This document shows, piece after piece, positions 14,300 to 36,999 of a DNA stretch of 64,000 bases. A program made the translations under genes and the position numbers. The stretch is taken from NCBI GenBank assembly GCA_050613775.1, contig JBODTK010000016.1:1116001-1180000 (forward strand), read 5' to 3'. The DNA comes from Neocallimastix sp. 'constans' (lineage: Eukaryota). The first letter of the stretch is position 1. Every line of letters begins with the position of its first letter. Below the pieces are notes generated by a model. It made no database searches. It saw nothing but the letters and a program-made list of their open reading frames with translations, and was not told where the DNA came from.

Positions 14300-14760
14300 T
14301 ATTAATGGCTATTTTAAAATATTAAACAAATAATTATTAAAACTTAAACTGTGAAAATTTTGATAATATTATGAACAAATTAATTGAAGAGGATAATTTT
14401 AATTTATTAAAATATTATTTAGATCATGCTTCTAAAATAAGAAAAGATATTGTAATAAAAGATAAATATTATAATGATGCTATTGAAATAGATAAAAAAG
14501 AAAAGAAAAGAAAATTTACTAATTCTTTATGATAATGGTAATAAAAAAAAGTTTTTGTTTATTAAAACTTAATGTTTATTTAAATCTTGTGAAAATGATG
14601 ATTACCTTTCTTTTATTGAATTTATTGATAAACTAAATTCCAATGAAATTATAGATATAAATAAAAAAGAGGACGATTATTATAATCATATTCAATTTCA
14701 AATTAAAGAATTCATGAAATGCTTTTATATTAATACATTATGCAATATGTTTAAAATCAT
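14300..14760 (+). pseudogene. Degenerate ankyrin-like coding remnant
   Basis: Frame MNKLIEEDNFNLLKYYLDHASKIRKDIVI resembles DNIDIIKLLIDYASKNNIVL of the 40743 gene; broken by stops. Confidence 0.35.
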
Positions 14761-15246
14761 TTGAAGCTTATTTTTCATACATTTCACATATTCTAACGTT
14801 TATAATTTTTTTTTTTTTTTTTTTTTTATTTTTTTTTTTTGAATATTTTAAATAATTAATATATAATATTTTATAGTAAAATATGCTAAATATATAAATA
14901 TATAATTAATTAATTAATTAAATAATTAAATAATTATTAATGAATGCTTTTAAATTTTTATTAATAAAGTTGTTTTGTAATTGATATTAAATTATAAAAA
15001 AATTTTTAAAAAATGTTTCTTAAGAAGTAGTAATTTTTTTTTTTTTTTTTTGTATTCGTTGTATTTTTTATTTTTTTTTTTTTTATATATTTTATTTTTT
15101 CTTAATTATAAGTGTATATATATATATATATAAAATATACGTCAAATATATTATTGTATAAAAAAAAAAAAAAAAAAACTGATAATATAAAGGTTTAAAA
15201 TTAAAAAAAAGATAAATTATTAATTTTAATTTAAAAAGATAGCTTC

Positions 15247-15278
<32 letters not shown>

Positions 15279-15283
15279 GAAGT

Positions 15284-22791
<7,508 letters not shown>

Positions 22792-22860
22792 TATAATAAT
22801 ATGATTATTAACTAATAATAATTTTCCTTTCTTTCTTCTTTATATTATTATTATTATTAT

Positions 22861-22896
<36 letters not shown>

Positions 22897-23259
22897 AGAT
22901 TAAAATTTCTTCTTATCATCTATTTAACTTTTTGTAATTCCTTTTTTATGTTGTTATTTTTTATTTTAATATTTCAAAAAATAAAAATTAGTTAATAAAA
23001 CTTTGTATTGTTATTACTTTTCTTTTTTTCTCTATGTAATAATATTTGGTTTAATTATATAAAATTATATATTTTATTTTTGTACAATATTTTTTCTTAT
23101 TAGAGTGTATTCTTAAATAAATTTATTAATATATATTATTTTTTATTATTTATAATTTTTATATTTAATTATTATTTATAATTTAATTTTATTAATTAAA
23201 ATATCAAATCAACTAATTATATTGATTATATATAATGAGAATCTATAATAATTAATTAA

Positions 23260-23296
<37 letters not shown>

Positions 23297-24120
23297 TTAT
23301 TATTCAATTTACTATATTTTTATTTTTTATTTTAATTTTTATTTTTATTTTTTTTTTTTTTTTTTTTTTTTTATTATTTAAACTTTTTGATTATTTTCAT
23401 TAATTATAAAAACTAAAATTTAATAATTTAATTTTTATTTATTATTAAAAAAATATATACATAAAATTTATTATATATTAAAATGGAATAAATTCATAAA
23501 AACATGGGATTTTTTAAAAAAAATTATTTTATTATTATCCATGTTTAATATTATATTTTTTTTTTAAAAAAAAAAATAATTAATCTTTTTTTAAATATTA
23601 TCTTGATTAATTAAAATATACCCCACTATAAGCAATTTTAAAATTATAAATACTTTATAAGATTTATTAAATTATAGTTCTATTATTGTATAACTATGTA
23701 TTAAAGTTTTCATTATATTAATCAAAAAAATATAATGATAATTTAGAATACAAACTAAAATATTTTTTATAATTATTATAATAATTACTATAATAATATT
23801 GATAATAATATTTATAAATAATTTCTATAAATTACTATAAATATATATATAAATACTAATAATGATTTAATTATGATAAAACTTTTTTTTTTTTTTTTTT
23901 GATCTTTTAATTTAAATATAAAGTTATTAAATTGATTTATTAATCTTATTGAAATTTAAAGATATAAAAATTTTATTTTTACATAGTATACATAATTATA
24001 TCTATTAAATAATGAATAATAAAGGACTAGTCGTCTTTATAAAATATTATTTTAAATAGTAAATATAATTCTTTCAATCTACATACAATTATGTTATATA
24101 TATAAAAACCTGATCATTTA

Positions 24121-24157
<37 letters not shown>

Positions 24158-24388
24158 TTTATTAAATTTCTTAAATATATATTAAGTTTTTCCAATATTA
24201 ATTTTCAATATTTAATTTTCTTGTTTCTTTTATTTATATATATATATTTCTTTATCTTTTCCTAATTAAACTTTAAAAATAGTATAGCATTTATTTATAA
24301 TCAATAATCCAGTATAGTTACAAGTATTATTTGAATATATATGTAATAGAAAATATGTTAATTATATGGTTTTATTATTTATTTATTA

Positions 24389-24884
24389 TTTTTTTTTTTT
24401 TAGACAGGGAAGAGAATACACTTCCATAACTTTATTAATCTTATTATAAAAAATTACATGTAGGTGAAAAGAACATTATAAATTAAAAATAAAAAAAAAA
24501 AAAAGTTAAAAAATAAAAAAATAAAAAAGCTCAGAAATACTATATATTTCGGCAAGTTGTAGTATGTGGGAATTCTCCCTTCCTAACAAAAAAAAAAAAA
24601 AAGTAATAAAACCAAGAAGTAACATCTTTAAAATAGATAGTGTAGGGTCCACTAAACTCTCCCCAGATTCATCATTTATTAAACTACTAAGGCGAAATTC
24701 ACCCTTCGTGGAAATAGATGATGATTCTGTATTATCATTATGCCTTATCAGTACGACGTCGACGTTCTTTGTTAAGTTTGGTATTTTGGAATACCTATCA
24801 AATAATAGCTCAAACGAACTACTTATGATAGGTATTACTCTAGTTAAGAATTCCGCCAAGCCCACAATTTCTGGAACAGGTGAC
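24389..24884 (-). mobile_element. 5'-truncated non-LTR retrotransposon 3' fragment with poly(A) and candidate 14-bp TSD
   Basis: Minus strand VPEIVGLAEFLTRVIPIISSSFELLFDRYSK..TKNVDVVLIR is homologous to the 7268 copy. Ends AATAAAGTTATGG..CTTCCCTGTCT + poly(A). TTATTTATTTATTA at 24375-24388 and 24885-24898 (low complexity). Confidence 0.75.
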
Positions 24885-26183
24885 TTATTTATTTATTAAA
24901 AATTATTATAATCATAGTTTAATTATGTATTTTAAAATCATTTCTTCTAACAGCAAGTAATTATTATTATTTTTTTTTAACCATCTACTACCTAGTATAA
25001 AAATATATTTCATAAATTCCTTCCAAATACATATATATATATATATAAACTTAATAATTTTCTTTTACAATTTAAGATAGAAAGTTTTAATATAGTGTAA
25101 AATAACATATACATATATATGTGTTTATGTGTTAATGTATTAAATTATGAAAAAAAAAAGATTATCATCAATTTTTTTATTTTCTAATAAATTTATCCAA
25201 CCTTAAATATTTTTTCCAACACCTATTTTTTTTTATTCAATATCACTACATATATATACACACTATTGAAATAACAAATAACAATGGTAATAAAAAACAG
25301 TACTTATTTTTTCTTAACTTTTTATGTTAATATATTTATATTTTTATGTATTTAAATATTGTTTATACTTTTCTTTTTTTTTTTTTTTTTAATTAATATA
25401 TATTTTTTTTTTATTAAAATGATAGGGAATTGGAGGGGTATTTACATAAATTAGAAAATAATTACTTTAAAAATATTTTAAAAAAAAAAATAAAATAATA
25501 TATTAATAATACATATATTATTTTATTAGTGTATAAAAATAATAACTTTTTTTTTTTTTTTTTTTTAAAAAATATATATATATTTAATTATTAAAATTTA
25601 AAATAAAATTTTATTATTATTATTACTTAAAGAATTATACTAAATATATTTAATTAATGATTTTTTTTTTTTTTTTTATTTTTAAATTATTTATCTAATT
25701 ACAAATATATAAATATATAAATATATTTGTCTTATTTTTATTATAAATTTTGTTTTGCTTTTGTTTTAATAAATATATATATGATTGCAGTATTGATTAA
25801 CATTTAAAGAAGAAAGTTTTTTATTTTTTATTTTATATATATGAAAATAAACAATATTTTATTGTCATTATATAAACAAAACTTCCTCTATAAATAGAAA
25901 ACCAATTAAATTTTACTAAAGGTATTTTTTTTTTTAATCATTATTCTTTTTATATATACCAAAAATTTTATATTTCTTTTCCTTATTGAATTGTTTTCTA
26001 ATATATTTTAAATTATAAATTTAAAAGAATATATAAATTTATTGGTTGAAAAAAAGTATTACAAACTGTTTTTTAAAACTTAAAAAAAAAACTACGTTTA
26101 ATAATTTTAACATATATATATACATATATATAATTTAATATCTTTAAATTATATATACCAAAAGAATATATTTGTTGATAAAA

Positions 26184-26221
<38 letters not shown>

Positions 26222-27064
26222 AATTTTTTAATTTCTGAATTCTTTGAAAAATAAAAACTAAATTTAATATTAAATATAGGAAATTTATAATAATAAATAA
26301 CTTCATTATTTAAATTTATATATATTTAATATATTTCTATTGATTATTATTATTATTTAGTTTATATTTTTGTAATTATTTTTATGTATTTTTTATTATT
26401 TAAATTTATTATATTTTTTTAATTGTAATTTTTATTATTTAATAAAATAATATTCTTGGTATAATTTGATTTTGTTATGATTATTAATCTTTTTTTAATG
26501 AATTTATAATTCATTGTTTATTGTTTTAATATTCTATTTTGTTATATATATTATTTTACTTATTTGATTTTAATTTTTAATTTTTTAATAATATTCTTTT
26601 TAATATCTCTTATATTTATGTTTTAATTTTGTATAATCCTTAATTTGACTAAACAATATTTTTTGAGTAATAATATTATTTGTTATTATTTATATACTAT
26701 TATTTTTAAATGATAACTATTTCTAATTAGTGTTTTATATAAAAAATACTTATTTTTAAATGATAATAAAAATTACTATTCTCATTTTCTATTAATAAAC
26801 TAATGTTTATAATTGAGAAATCTATAAAAAAAATAAAAGTATTTTATAATGAATGTGATATGCTCTTTTGGTAAAAAAAAATATTGTACTTATAATATAT
26901 ATATTAAATTGATTAAATATATGAATAAAATAATATTGCTAAAATTAACTGATTTTTTTTATTATAGTAATAAATTTGAATTAATATTTTTTTATTAAAA
27001 AAAAAATAGTAAATATATTATATATATTTAATAAGAAGGCTAATTTACTTTTTTCCTAAATAAT

Positions 27065-28806
27065 TTATGAAGTTGTTGTTCTTCTTATATTTCTTTTATT
27101 TAAATTTTTCATTCTATTAGAATTCTCATCGTGACCAATTTGTGATTTTATAAAACCTAAGAAACGTTTGGCATAAAATTTAGGATTAACAGCAGATATT
27201 GTTTTTGAATCGCTTACTAATGATTTAAACATAGTTTCACATCTCTTAGCAAAGTTATAGTTTGTAAATATATCAATAATACCAAGGAAATATAATTCTG
27301 GTAAAGGTTCATTATTTTCGTCAGTCGCTTGGAATCCACCCTCATCTTGACTAAATGCAAAGTGTTTACGTTCTTCCGGCGTATCACTTGGTAATGAAGA
27401 TGACGATGGACCTAGTGCAACTGGATTTGATTCTGCAAAAGCTCTTACTATAGCTATGGCTTTACTATTTCTATGATTACTAACCATTGCAGATTGCTTA
27501 CTTAAAGATTCTGGATTTGGTTCTATAATAGAAAGTGTCGTATCACGAATATTTTCTTGATTACCTTTAGTCATATTGTGACAACCAACTAACAATGAAT
27601 AATCCATTACATTATTATCAGATAAAAATTTAACATCCTTTTCCAATTGTTTAATAAACATTTCACGTTTTTTATCACCTAAGTAGAGTTTCTTTTCATT
27701 CTTAAGCCAATTAAGATCTTTTAAAACTGCTAATTTATTATTAATTTCTTCTTCAGTTGGAATAAATCTACCGATTTTAGAACCCTTAAGATCATATTTA
27801 ACGTGAATATCCTTATCAGGAGGGAAAATATTAGCCATAACTATAAAATGAATTTTCTTACCATATGGTATTTTAACACGATGAAGACCATAAATCTTAC
27901 AGATTAAAGTATCTGGATTATTTTTTATATGTTCATAATAATTCTTTAAAATCTTCAATAAGTACTTGTGTTCAGCATGGTGAACAGTTTTGATTATAAA
28001 TCTATAATCTTGAGAATAATAGAAGAAACTACCACTTTTACCTGGAGAGCCTAATTCTGAAAGAACGTATTTATCAGTTAAAGACATCTACATTTATCAA
28101 GCATTAAATATGAGTTATTATTAACAAAATATTTTATTAGCTATTTCAATTACTAATAATTTTTTTATTATAAATATTAAATTTCATATTTACTAAATAA
28201 TCAGTAGTATCAATCTTGCACATTTCTCTAATAGAACGAAATACCCATGGAGCATAGTCCTTAAACTTATAGTAATATTCAGATGATGGCAAAAGTTCAT
28301 TATTATTACTATAAATATAATATATGTAAAAAAAAATAAATTTAATTAATATTTTTATTACACTACTATTAATAAGGTACTTTGTATTATAAATTAAAAC
28401 TTACACATCCAAAGCTATTTTATGTTTGGCTGTAAAATCTTCTGGAACTAAAGGTCTCATTTCTTTAGCATTACAACGTGTTACCTATAACATCATTTAA
28501 ATAATCAATTATTATTTTATTTTTTAATACACTTTTTTAACTTTTTAAATTACTTACTGAGAAACGAATACCGTTCAACATATTTAACATTAAAATGTAG
28601 TGAACATGATCTTCTCTAATTGGAGTACCAATTAAAACTTCAAGAGCCTTTGATTGTCTTTTTCTTGAATGAGACTTTTTTATGGAAATACTAGTTATTG
28701 AATGTTTCAATGAACTATTTCTTTTTATACTCTCACTATGATGTGGGGTTTGGTTTTGCTGACTTTGGTCAGATAATATTAAATGATTTGGAATTTCAGC
28801 CGACAT
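27065..28806 (-). CDS. MSS4: Phosphatidylinositol-4-phosphate 5-kinase (Mss4-like); 4 exons (28806-28558, 28484-28405, 28308-28194, 28087-27065), ~488 aa
   Basis: Motifs FKDYAPWVFR, SPGKSGSFFYYSQDYRFIIKT, YDLKGS, LKDLN, MDYSLLVG, GIIDIF, ISAVNPKFYAKRF. A further upstream exon cannot be excluded. Confidence 0.92.
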
Positions 28807-31800
28807 TCTGCATATTTAATAATATACATATATTAATATATTTCGAAATTTGAATTTAAATTTAAATTTGAAATTAAATTAACAATTGAATAAAATAATA
28901 TAAATAACATATATTTTTTATTAATTTAATTTATTATAGATTTAACCAATAAGAAATTTCTTATTTGATTATATAAAAATAATTTAAAATAAACATATGT
29001 TTTAACTATTTATATTTATTTATTTATTTATTTAATAATTTAGGAATTAAACCATTTATTAAAAGAAATAAGCTCTTAATTTCACTTTTTCTATATTTTA
29101 ATATTAAATTTCTACAATCTTTTTTATCTTTTCATAATATATATAAAATATTAATTTTCACAATATTAGAAAAAAAAAATACATACATTATAGAATGAAA
29201 TAATAATCAATATTAATTCTTTTCTTTGATCGATTTTTGTTTTTATATTTTATTTATTTTATTATTTGTATTTTTAATTTTTATTTTATAGTTAATATTT
29301 ATTATTGTTTATTGTTATTATAATTACTCCCTATTGTAATTACATTTATCTAACAATCAAAACAACAATCTATTTCTAAAAAAATATTTATTTAATATAT
29401 GTTATTGTTTATTTATTTATTTTTTTTTTAAAAAATAAAAATTTAGAAAAGAGAAAAAAAAAAGAATATAAAATTTTTAAACAAAAAAATATTCATGTTA
29501 ATTTATATTTATTATAAAACATTTTTAATATATTATAAATTATTTAATATATAAATATTTATATTTATAATATATTACATAATAAAAAATCAATTATAAT
29601 ATTATATCAAAAAATTATTCTATCTTTATTATTAAATTGAATATTCTATTATATATTAATATATGATTTACACATAATTTATTACATTATAATATATGTT
29701 TCATATAATTTACATTTTCTTTTTTTTTAATAAAAAATATTTTTGATTTTTTTTTTTGGTATTTGTTAAATTTTCCAATTTGTATTATATTTTTTATAAA
29801 ACTAATAAATAAAGTTTGTACATATTAATTATATATAATAATATGTGGTTTTAAATCTTTTAAACAATTTATTTGTAAATATATTATCAATATCAATTAA
29901 AACTATATTTTATAATTTAATATAAAATAAAAAATTTTCAAAAAATTATTATTTTTTTGTATTATGCAAAAATTTAATATAATAAATATCAAATTTAATT
30001 TATTAATATATTATCAATATATTGAAAATACTAAACTTTATTAAATTATCCTATACTAATATCTGTATTCCTATTGTTTAAAGTTACAATATTTCAATAT
30101 ATACCATTTTAATAAATATTAATTTTTAACTTTTCATTTTTATAGAAATTTTAAAGGAATATATATTGCCGAACAATTTAAAAAGTTGACATATATTTCT
30201 ATATAATTAAATATATTGAAAATTTTAATGATAATATTAATATCAATATATTAATACTTAAATTTTTTTTTAGAATACTCTTTTTTAATATTTAACCTTA
30301 TCCCCAAAATAAATATATAAAAATAAATAAATTTATTATTAAAAATAAATAAATTTATTATAAAAAATAAATAAAGTTTTAAAAAATTAATAATTTGTAT
30401 ATAATAATTCTCATTAATCAATGAACAAAATTTTATTTAATGAATATAATTTTACTCCTTGAAAATATTCAATATTTTAAAAAAATTACGGCTGATAAAA
30501 TAAAAAAATTTTTTTTTACTACAGATTATTATATACTAAATTAGAAAATCATAATAAATCGTGAAATAATTAACATATTATTAGATATTATTAGATATAT
30601 AGACATCATTTAATATTTATATATAATTTATATATATTTTTAAACTGAGTATGTATTTAAGTTGAATATATTCCTGAATATTATAGAAATAACAATTGTA
30701 TATTCATTAAAATATAATGTAATTTGATCAATGTATAAGCCACAATGTATTAAAATCATTTAATTTCATTTAATTTAGAATTTAATGATAGTAACTCTAT
30801 CATAGAATATATTAATAGAAAGTTGTCATAATTAAAAATTTCTGGCTCTTAACAATATATTATAGTTAATAAATAAAAGGTAAAAAAAAAAAAAAAAATT
30901 CTTAATAAATAATGCATAATAATGAATATAATAAGAAATAGTAAATAAAAAATAATAATTAAAAAAAAAATTAGCCAAAATATTAACTTATTAAATCCAT
31001 ATTTTAATTAATGTTAATTATAAATAGTAATAAATTGATAATTAAAAATTAATTAATATATTTTAAAGTTATTATTTAATCATTACAATAAATTAAATTT
31101 CATAATATATACTTATTAAAGTTATTACATACAATAACACATTATATGTTACAAATAAGTTAATTTAAAATAATATACTTTATATATAAAAAGAAATATT
31201 TATAATATATTAATAAATTATATAAGGGCTTTCAAAAAAAAAAAAAAAACACCACAATTTCCAATATAAATTATCTTTAAAAAAGTTTTTTTTGATCAAA
31301 TTACATTATTGAAAAATTGTTTAATGTAATTAATACCAATTATTATAATTAATAAAATATTGCTTTTCTTATTAAAAAAAAAAAAATAATGTATAATTGA
31401 ATTAATGGTATTTAATAACAAATGTTTTTATTTTTCTTCTTAAATTTCATATAAATATATTTTTATGATTATAAAAGCAAATTTTATATAAAAATAAAAA
31501 ATCAAATAAACAAAAGTAACCTCTCTTCAAGAGTTACTTAGAAATACATTTAAGCATAAAATAAATATATATATATGGTAAATATTAGTGAAATTATTGT
31601 TATATTGAGTCTTAATTGACATAATTCCACGAAAGATAACCACTACTGAACAATTCGTATTTTTACAGTAATATAATATGTATTCTTTTAATATAATTAA
31701 ATATAAAAGATGAAATATTTAATATATTATTCAGAATAAAACAAAATAAATTATTTTCTAAAGTCTAAAATTAAATTGGTAGAATATTATTATTATAATG

Positions 31801-32182
31801 AAAGTGAAAAAATGTGACTTAGATATAAATTATTTTATTTTTAGATCAAAATAATTTGCTACTTTATAATTTAATATTAATGAATTATAATTATAAAATA
31901 AATAATAATAATAATAATAATAATAAAATTAATATAAAATATTACATGAAAGTATTTATATAAATTATATAATAAATAATAGAATAATTATATATAAGAA
32001 TATTTAATTATAATTTAATATTCTTAAATTGTTAATATTATTTGTATAATATTAAATATTAATTATTATTTATATTATAATTATTATTTATTATTTATTA
32101 TATACTATTTATTATTTAGTATTATTATTTATTATTTATTATTATTATTTATTATTAATATTATTACTATTACCATTTATTA

Positions 32183-32296
<114 letters not shown>

Positions 32297-32870
32297 TTGA
32301 TAACTACTTAATAACTATACAATAGATACAATAGATTTATATTTTATTTAGTTTATTAAAGTGTATTTATATTTATGTCTTTTGTAAATTGTATGTTTAT
32401 TTTATGTTGTATAAATTTATGTTAACAATTATAAGAGAATGTGAAGCATTTCGACATAATTTATGTATAATCATCATAAAATTTTGTACAATGTGTATAA
32501 TATATGTAATACGCCACTATTTTCAACGTATATTTTTATTTATTGTTTTTTAGCATTAAAAAAATAAAATAAAAACAAAAAAAAGAATAAATAAAAGAAT
32601 AAATGTATTTTAGCATTAAAAAAAATAAAATAAAAACAAAAAAAGAATAAATAAGTTTTCTGTTGAGAATTTTATTTTATTTTTATTTTTTTTTAATTTT
32701 ATTTTATTATTACATTTTATTATTAAATATTTTAATAATAAAACCTTTCCATTTTATTTTATTCAAATAAAATAAATAAAATTATATATTTTATTATTAA
32801 ATTAATTAAATAATAAAATAAAATTTATTATAATATTAAATATTTATTATTAATAAAATTTAAATATTGA

Positions 32871-33055
32871 TATTGATATTAATAAAATATTTTGATATTG
32901 ATATTAATGAAATATTTTGATATTGATATTAATGAAATATTTTGATATTGATATTAATGAAATATTTTGACATTGATATTAATAAAATATATTGATATTG
33001 ATATTAATAAAATATATTGATATTGATATTAATAAAATATATTGATATTGATATA
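32871..33055. repeat. 25-nt minisatellite (TATTGATATTAATRAAATATWTTGA, about 7 copies) inside the MULE
   Basis: Tandem 25-nt period, seen directly. Confidence 0.9.
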
Positions 33056-33226
33056 AATATAATTTAAACTATATATATTCTAGTTAATTATTATTCATAT
33101 ATTTAGAGTGTATTTAATTCTATTAAACATTTATACCATAAATCAATGATATCATTTTTTCACATTTTTTATCAATTAATCGGATTCCTTTTTTTTTTGT
33201 ATTTTTTAATGAATTCATTGATTTCA

Positions 33227-34515
33227 TCAGTTTTTGTTAATATTCTTTTTTTTTTTCCAAACTCCTTCAATTTTCCTTTTGTAATTATTGTAAGATAAAG
33301 ATTCTTCTCTTTTTAAATGATAAATCAATTCATATAAAGAAGGTTTTTTGTAAAACAATTTTTTTAAGTAATTGTTAAAAGATTCTGAAGCATTATTTGT
33401 TATGTGGTTTACATCGTTATAATAATTCCAATATTGAATATCATATTTATATAAATAAGTCTTATTAAAATATTCCAAAAAATTTAAAAAATTGAAATAA
33501 TTATATATTTGACATATAATTTTAATATAATTATAAATATCAAATATATATTCAGGATTTATAAAAGGAAAATTTGTAATAGCTTTATATAACAAATAAA
33601 TTTTATGATTATTTTCAACTTCATTATAACATAATTTTTTTTTTTTCTTCAAACGATCTTTTATAATGCCATACACAATATTTAATAGTAATATTATGAA
33701 ATATTTTAATGGAAGCATTGGATATACTTTTTTCAAAATCACAACGCAAAATTTTTGGTATAACTATAATATTATTATTATAATTACTTTCATTCTTTCT
33801 TAATTCTTCAAATAACAATTCATAGGTTGCTTGTTCTTTATTATTTAATATAGATAGTGATGTAGTATAAAAACTATTTATTTCTGGAGCAAATACTCTT
33901 GTTATAAACACTTGATAACCAAATATTGGTGCAATATAAAATGTACCATCAGCAAACATATGTTCGTTGTATTTTATAGACAATTCTGTTTGGAATGGGG
34001 AATGATGATTGAAAAATTATAATATTAGAATTTTTGTATATCATAAAGTTTTCATCTCTTTCGTTTATATAATATTCAGATTTATCTGGGATTTCATTAA
34101 ATTTGATATATCAGGAGGTAGTTGTTTTTTAATATATCTTGATATTTGGGATTTAATTGAATTATATTCAGGGCATATCAATCCAATTTCTTCAAATATT
34201 TCATTATATATGTTTTGGATTTATATCAAATGGGATTGAGGTTTTTCTAATTTCATTTTTCATTTTATGTTTTACTATTGATACAGATGCATCATATTCT
34301 TTTCATGGATGAGTATGTTTGTTTTCATATTTTATTACTTTATTATTATCATTTAGAATAATGTAAGATTTAAATTTTTTAACTGTTTTATATTCAGTAC
34401 ATTTGAATATTTTTGTATTATTCGTTATATACCATAAATTAAATTTATATTTTCTATTTACAATGATTTGGTTTTTTTCTTTATTAGTTTCACTTATTTC
34501 TAATTGATCATCCAT
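33227..34515 (-). pseudogene. MULE transposase pseudogene (FLYWCH-like finger plus DDE domain)
   Basis: FKCTEY...HTHP, MFADGTF, CDFEKSISNA, YCVWHY, TNNASESFNN spread over three frames. Confidence 0.85.
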
Positions 34516-35390
34516 TTATTATAAATATTTTAAATTAAAAGTTTTATTTTTTATATTTTAATTTTTTTTGTTTTAATCTATTTTTTTTTATCTTATATTT
34601 TATTTTATTCTTTTTTTTTTTTTTTTTTTTTTTTTTTTATTTTTTATTTTATATTATACTTTATTATTTATTTATTTTTTTTATCTTATATTTTATTTTA
34701 TACTTTTTTTTTTATTTTATATTTTACTTTTTTTTTTTTATATATTTTATAATTTACTTTATTATTTATTTTTTTTATTTTATATTTTACTTTTTTTTTT
34801 ATATATTTTATATTTTATAATTTACTTTATTATTTATTTTTTTTTATTTTTTATTTTCTTTATTCTTTTTTTTATATTTTATATTTTACTTTATTATTCT
34901 TTTTTTTTTATATTTTATATTTTACTTTATTATTCTTTTTTTTTTATATTTTATATTTTACTTTATTATTTATTTTTTTATATTTTTTATTTTACTTTAT
35001 TATTTATTTTTTTTATTTTTGATTTATTTTTTATTTACTTTATTATATATATATATATTTTTTTACTGTAAATGTTTTTAAAATTAAAAAAAAAAAAAAT
35101 AAAAATAAAAATAAAAATAAATTTAACCATTCCTATTCATTTATTTTTACAAGCCACATTGTAATACATGAATAAATGATCAAACATAAATTATGTCGAA
35201 ATGCAATACTCCCCTTATAAATATTTTGTTTAACCTGTATATATGTAATAAATATTATATCCACGTGATAGATATTATAAAATATTAATATGAATGTACT
35301 ATCCATTTGTTAATCATAATACTTTTGTAATATTATATTAAATAAATAAACATCAAATATCAGATTAAGATTCTACTATTTGAAAATAAA

Positions 35391-36090
35391 GTGGAACATT
35401 CAATGTTTTATATTAGTCTTTCGTTGCATAAATCAGAATATAACTACCCTATTACTGAATTAGAAAGAACTGCTGCTTATTATTGTGTAAATAAATTTAT
35501 ACCATATATTTCAGGGGATCCATATCAATCTATATTATATTCAAATTATCAACCATTAGTTCCCATTATAAAGAAATGTAATCTAAATTCAAGTAAACAT
35601 GCTCGCTAATGTAATTTATTCAACCAACTACAAATAGAAATCATATATCAACCAGGGAAAGGAAATATAATAACTGATGCTTTATGATGTTTTATCTAGT
35701 ATTAGAAAAAAAGAAAGTATCTTAGTTAACGCCATTATTGAAGAAGATAGCAATAATAACTATAATTTTAGTAATAATTTTGAAAATAATTTGTAAATAA
35801 TAATAATAGTAATGAAAATAATATTGATGAAACTGAACAATCAAACTTTTTAGATGATATAGAAAGTGATAAATATATTTCAGAATTCATGAAAAAGTTT
35901 TTAAAAGATAGAATTGTTACCATAGATGATAATACAAATATTAGAGATAAAGATAAACTAAGACTAGTGATAGATGATTATCAAGATAAGATAAAAATAA
36001 TCGGAATGGCCCATAGAATTGGCCATGAGGGGTTACAAAAGACGTAGGATAGAATTAAGAAAAATTATTATTGGAAAAATATGATTTTAG
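35391..36090 (+). mobile_element. Ty3/Gypsy pol remnant (RNase H and integrase zinc-binding region)
   Basis: NYPITELERTAAYYCVNKFIPYI, IEIIYQPGKGNIITDAL, AHRIGHEGLQKT*DRIKKNYYWKNM; stops present. Confidence 0.85.
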
Positions 36091-36313
36091 ATTTAATATA
36101 TATATATATATATATATATTTGTAAAATATACCAACTTAATAGATCATTATTGTTTACAGCTACTTGTACAACATTGTTGCTTCGAACGGGAACTGATTC
36201 ATGATCTTGGATTGGGAGGTTTATTTATTTCAATATGTATTATAATAATTATTATATTTATAATAATTTTATAATATTTTAATTCATATAAAATTGATAT
36301 ATACTATTTTATT

Positions 36314-36975
36314 TTATTTTTTTTTTTTTGTTATTATATTTGATTTTACTTTATTCTCTATAAGGTAAAATATTCTTAATGTGAATGTTTTTTTTCTTTT
36401 TTTTTTTAATATTGTTCCTGATCTATCTTCTTGCAATTTAACTGTATTCCAAATAATCACTTTTATTGAATAAAAACCAATATAATATGGGTAGAACTTA
36501 TGTCTTTGAAATAATTTAACTTTTACCTTATCACTAACTTTGTTTTCATGAACTTTTTCCATACTTCGTTTCGCTTCTCTTCTAATTTTCCAATAATTGA
36601 TAGTTACTAGTTTTTTACTAGCTGAATTTTTTGACCCATTCTGTATGTTCCATAAGTCCTTCTAATAATAATTCATCAATTAAGCATTCAATAGGCTCTT
36701 TTAAGGATGATAACTAGCAACAAAATGAATATAAACTCCATATAAAACTAAAAAATTTTAGTTAAATCACTATTCAATTAAAGTCTATTATCCATAACTA
36801 TCATCAGTGGTAGTCCATGTATAATAAACATATTCACTAAGAAGTCAATACTTTACCTTTGGTGGTAGTTTTTAAAGGCCCTATAATATTTAAACCAATT
36901 CTAACAAATGGTGCTTCTTTAGGAGTCTGAAGTATTTCCACTAAATTGGAAAGGGGCTCAGATCACCGACTGTTA
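36314..36975 (-). mobile_element. Ty3/Gypsy integrase remnant in opposite orientation
   Basis: PFVRIGLNIIGPLKTTTKG (start of the rve core) and KVSDKVKV..KFYPYYIGFYSI (GPY/F-like module). Confidence 0.7.
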
Positions 36976-36999
36976 ACAGTAATATACAAAATTCACTAT

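Larger units (their letters stand above)
32435..35214 (-). mobile_element. Mutator-like (MULE) DNA transposon with terminal inverted repeats and frameshifted transposase
   Basis: TIR core GCATTTCGACATAATTTATGT at 32446-32466 with exact reverse complement at 35184-35204, plus a matching TACAATGTG/CACATTGTA block. Transposase pieces lie between. Confidence 0.85.

Noticed and set aside
31513..31540. Small hairpin AAGTAAC..GTTACTT as a possible ncRNA
   Set aside because: Too short, no recognisable RNA family, and plausible by chance or as a transposon remnant.
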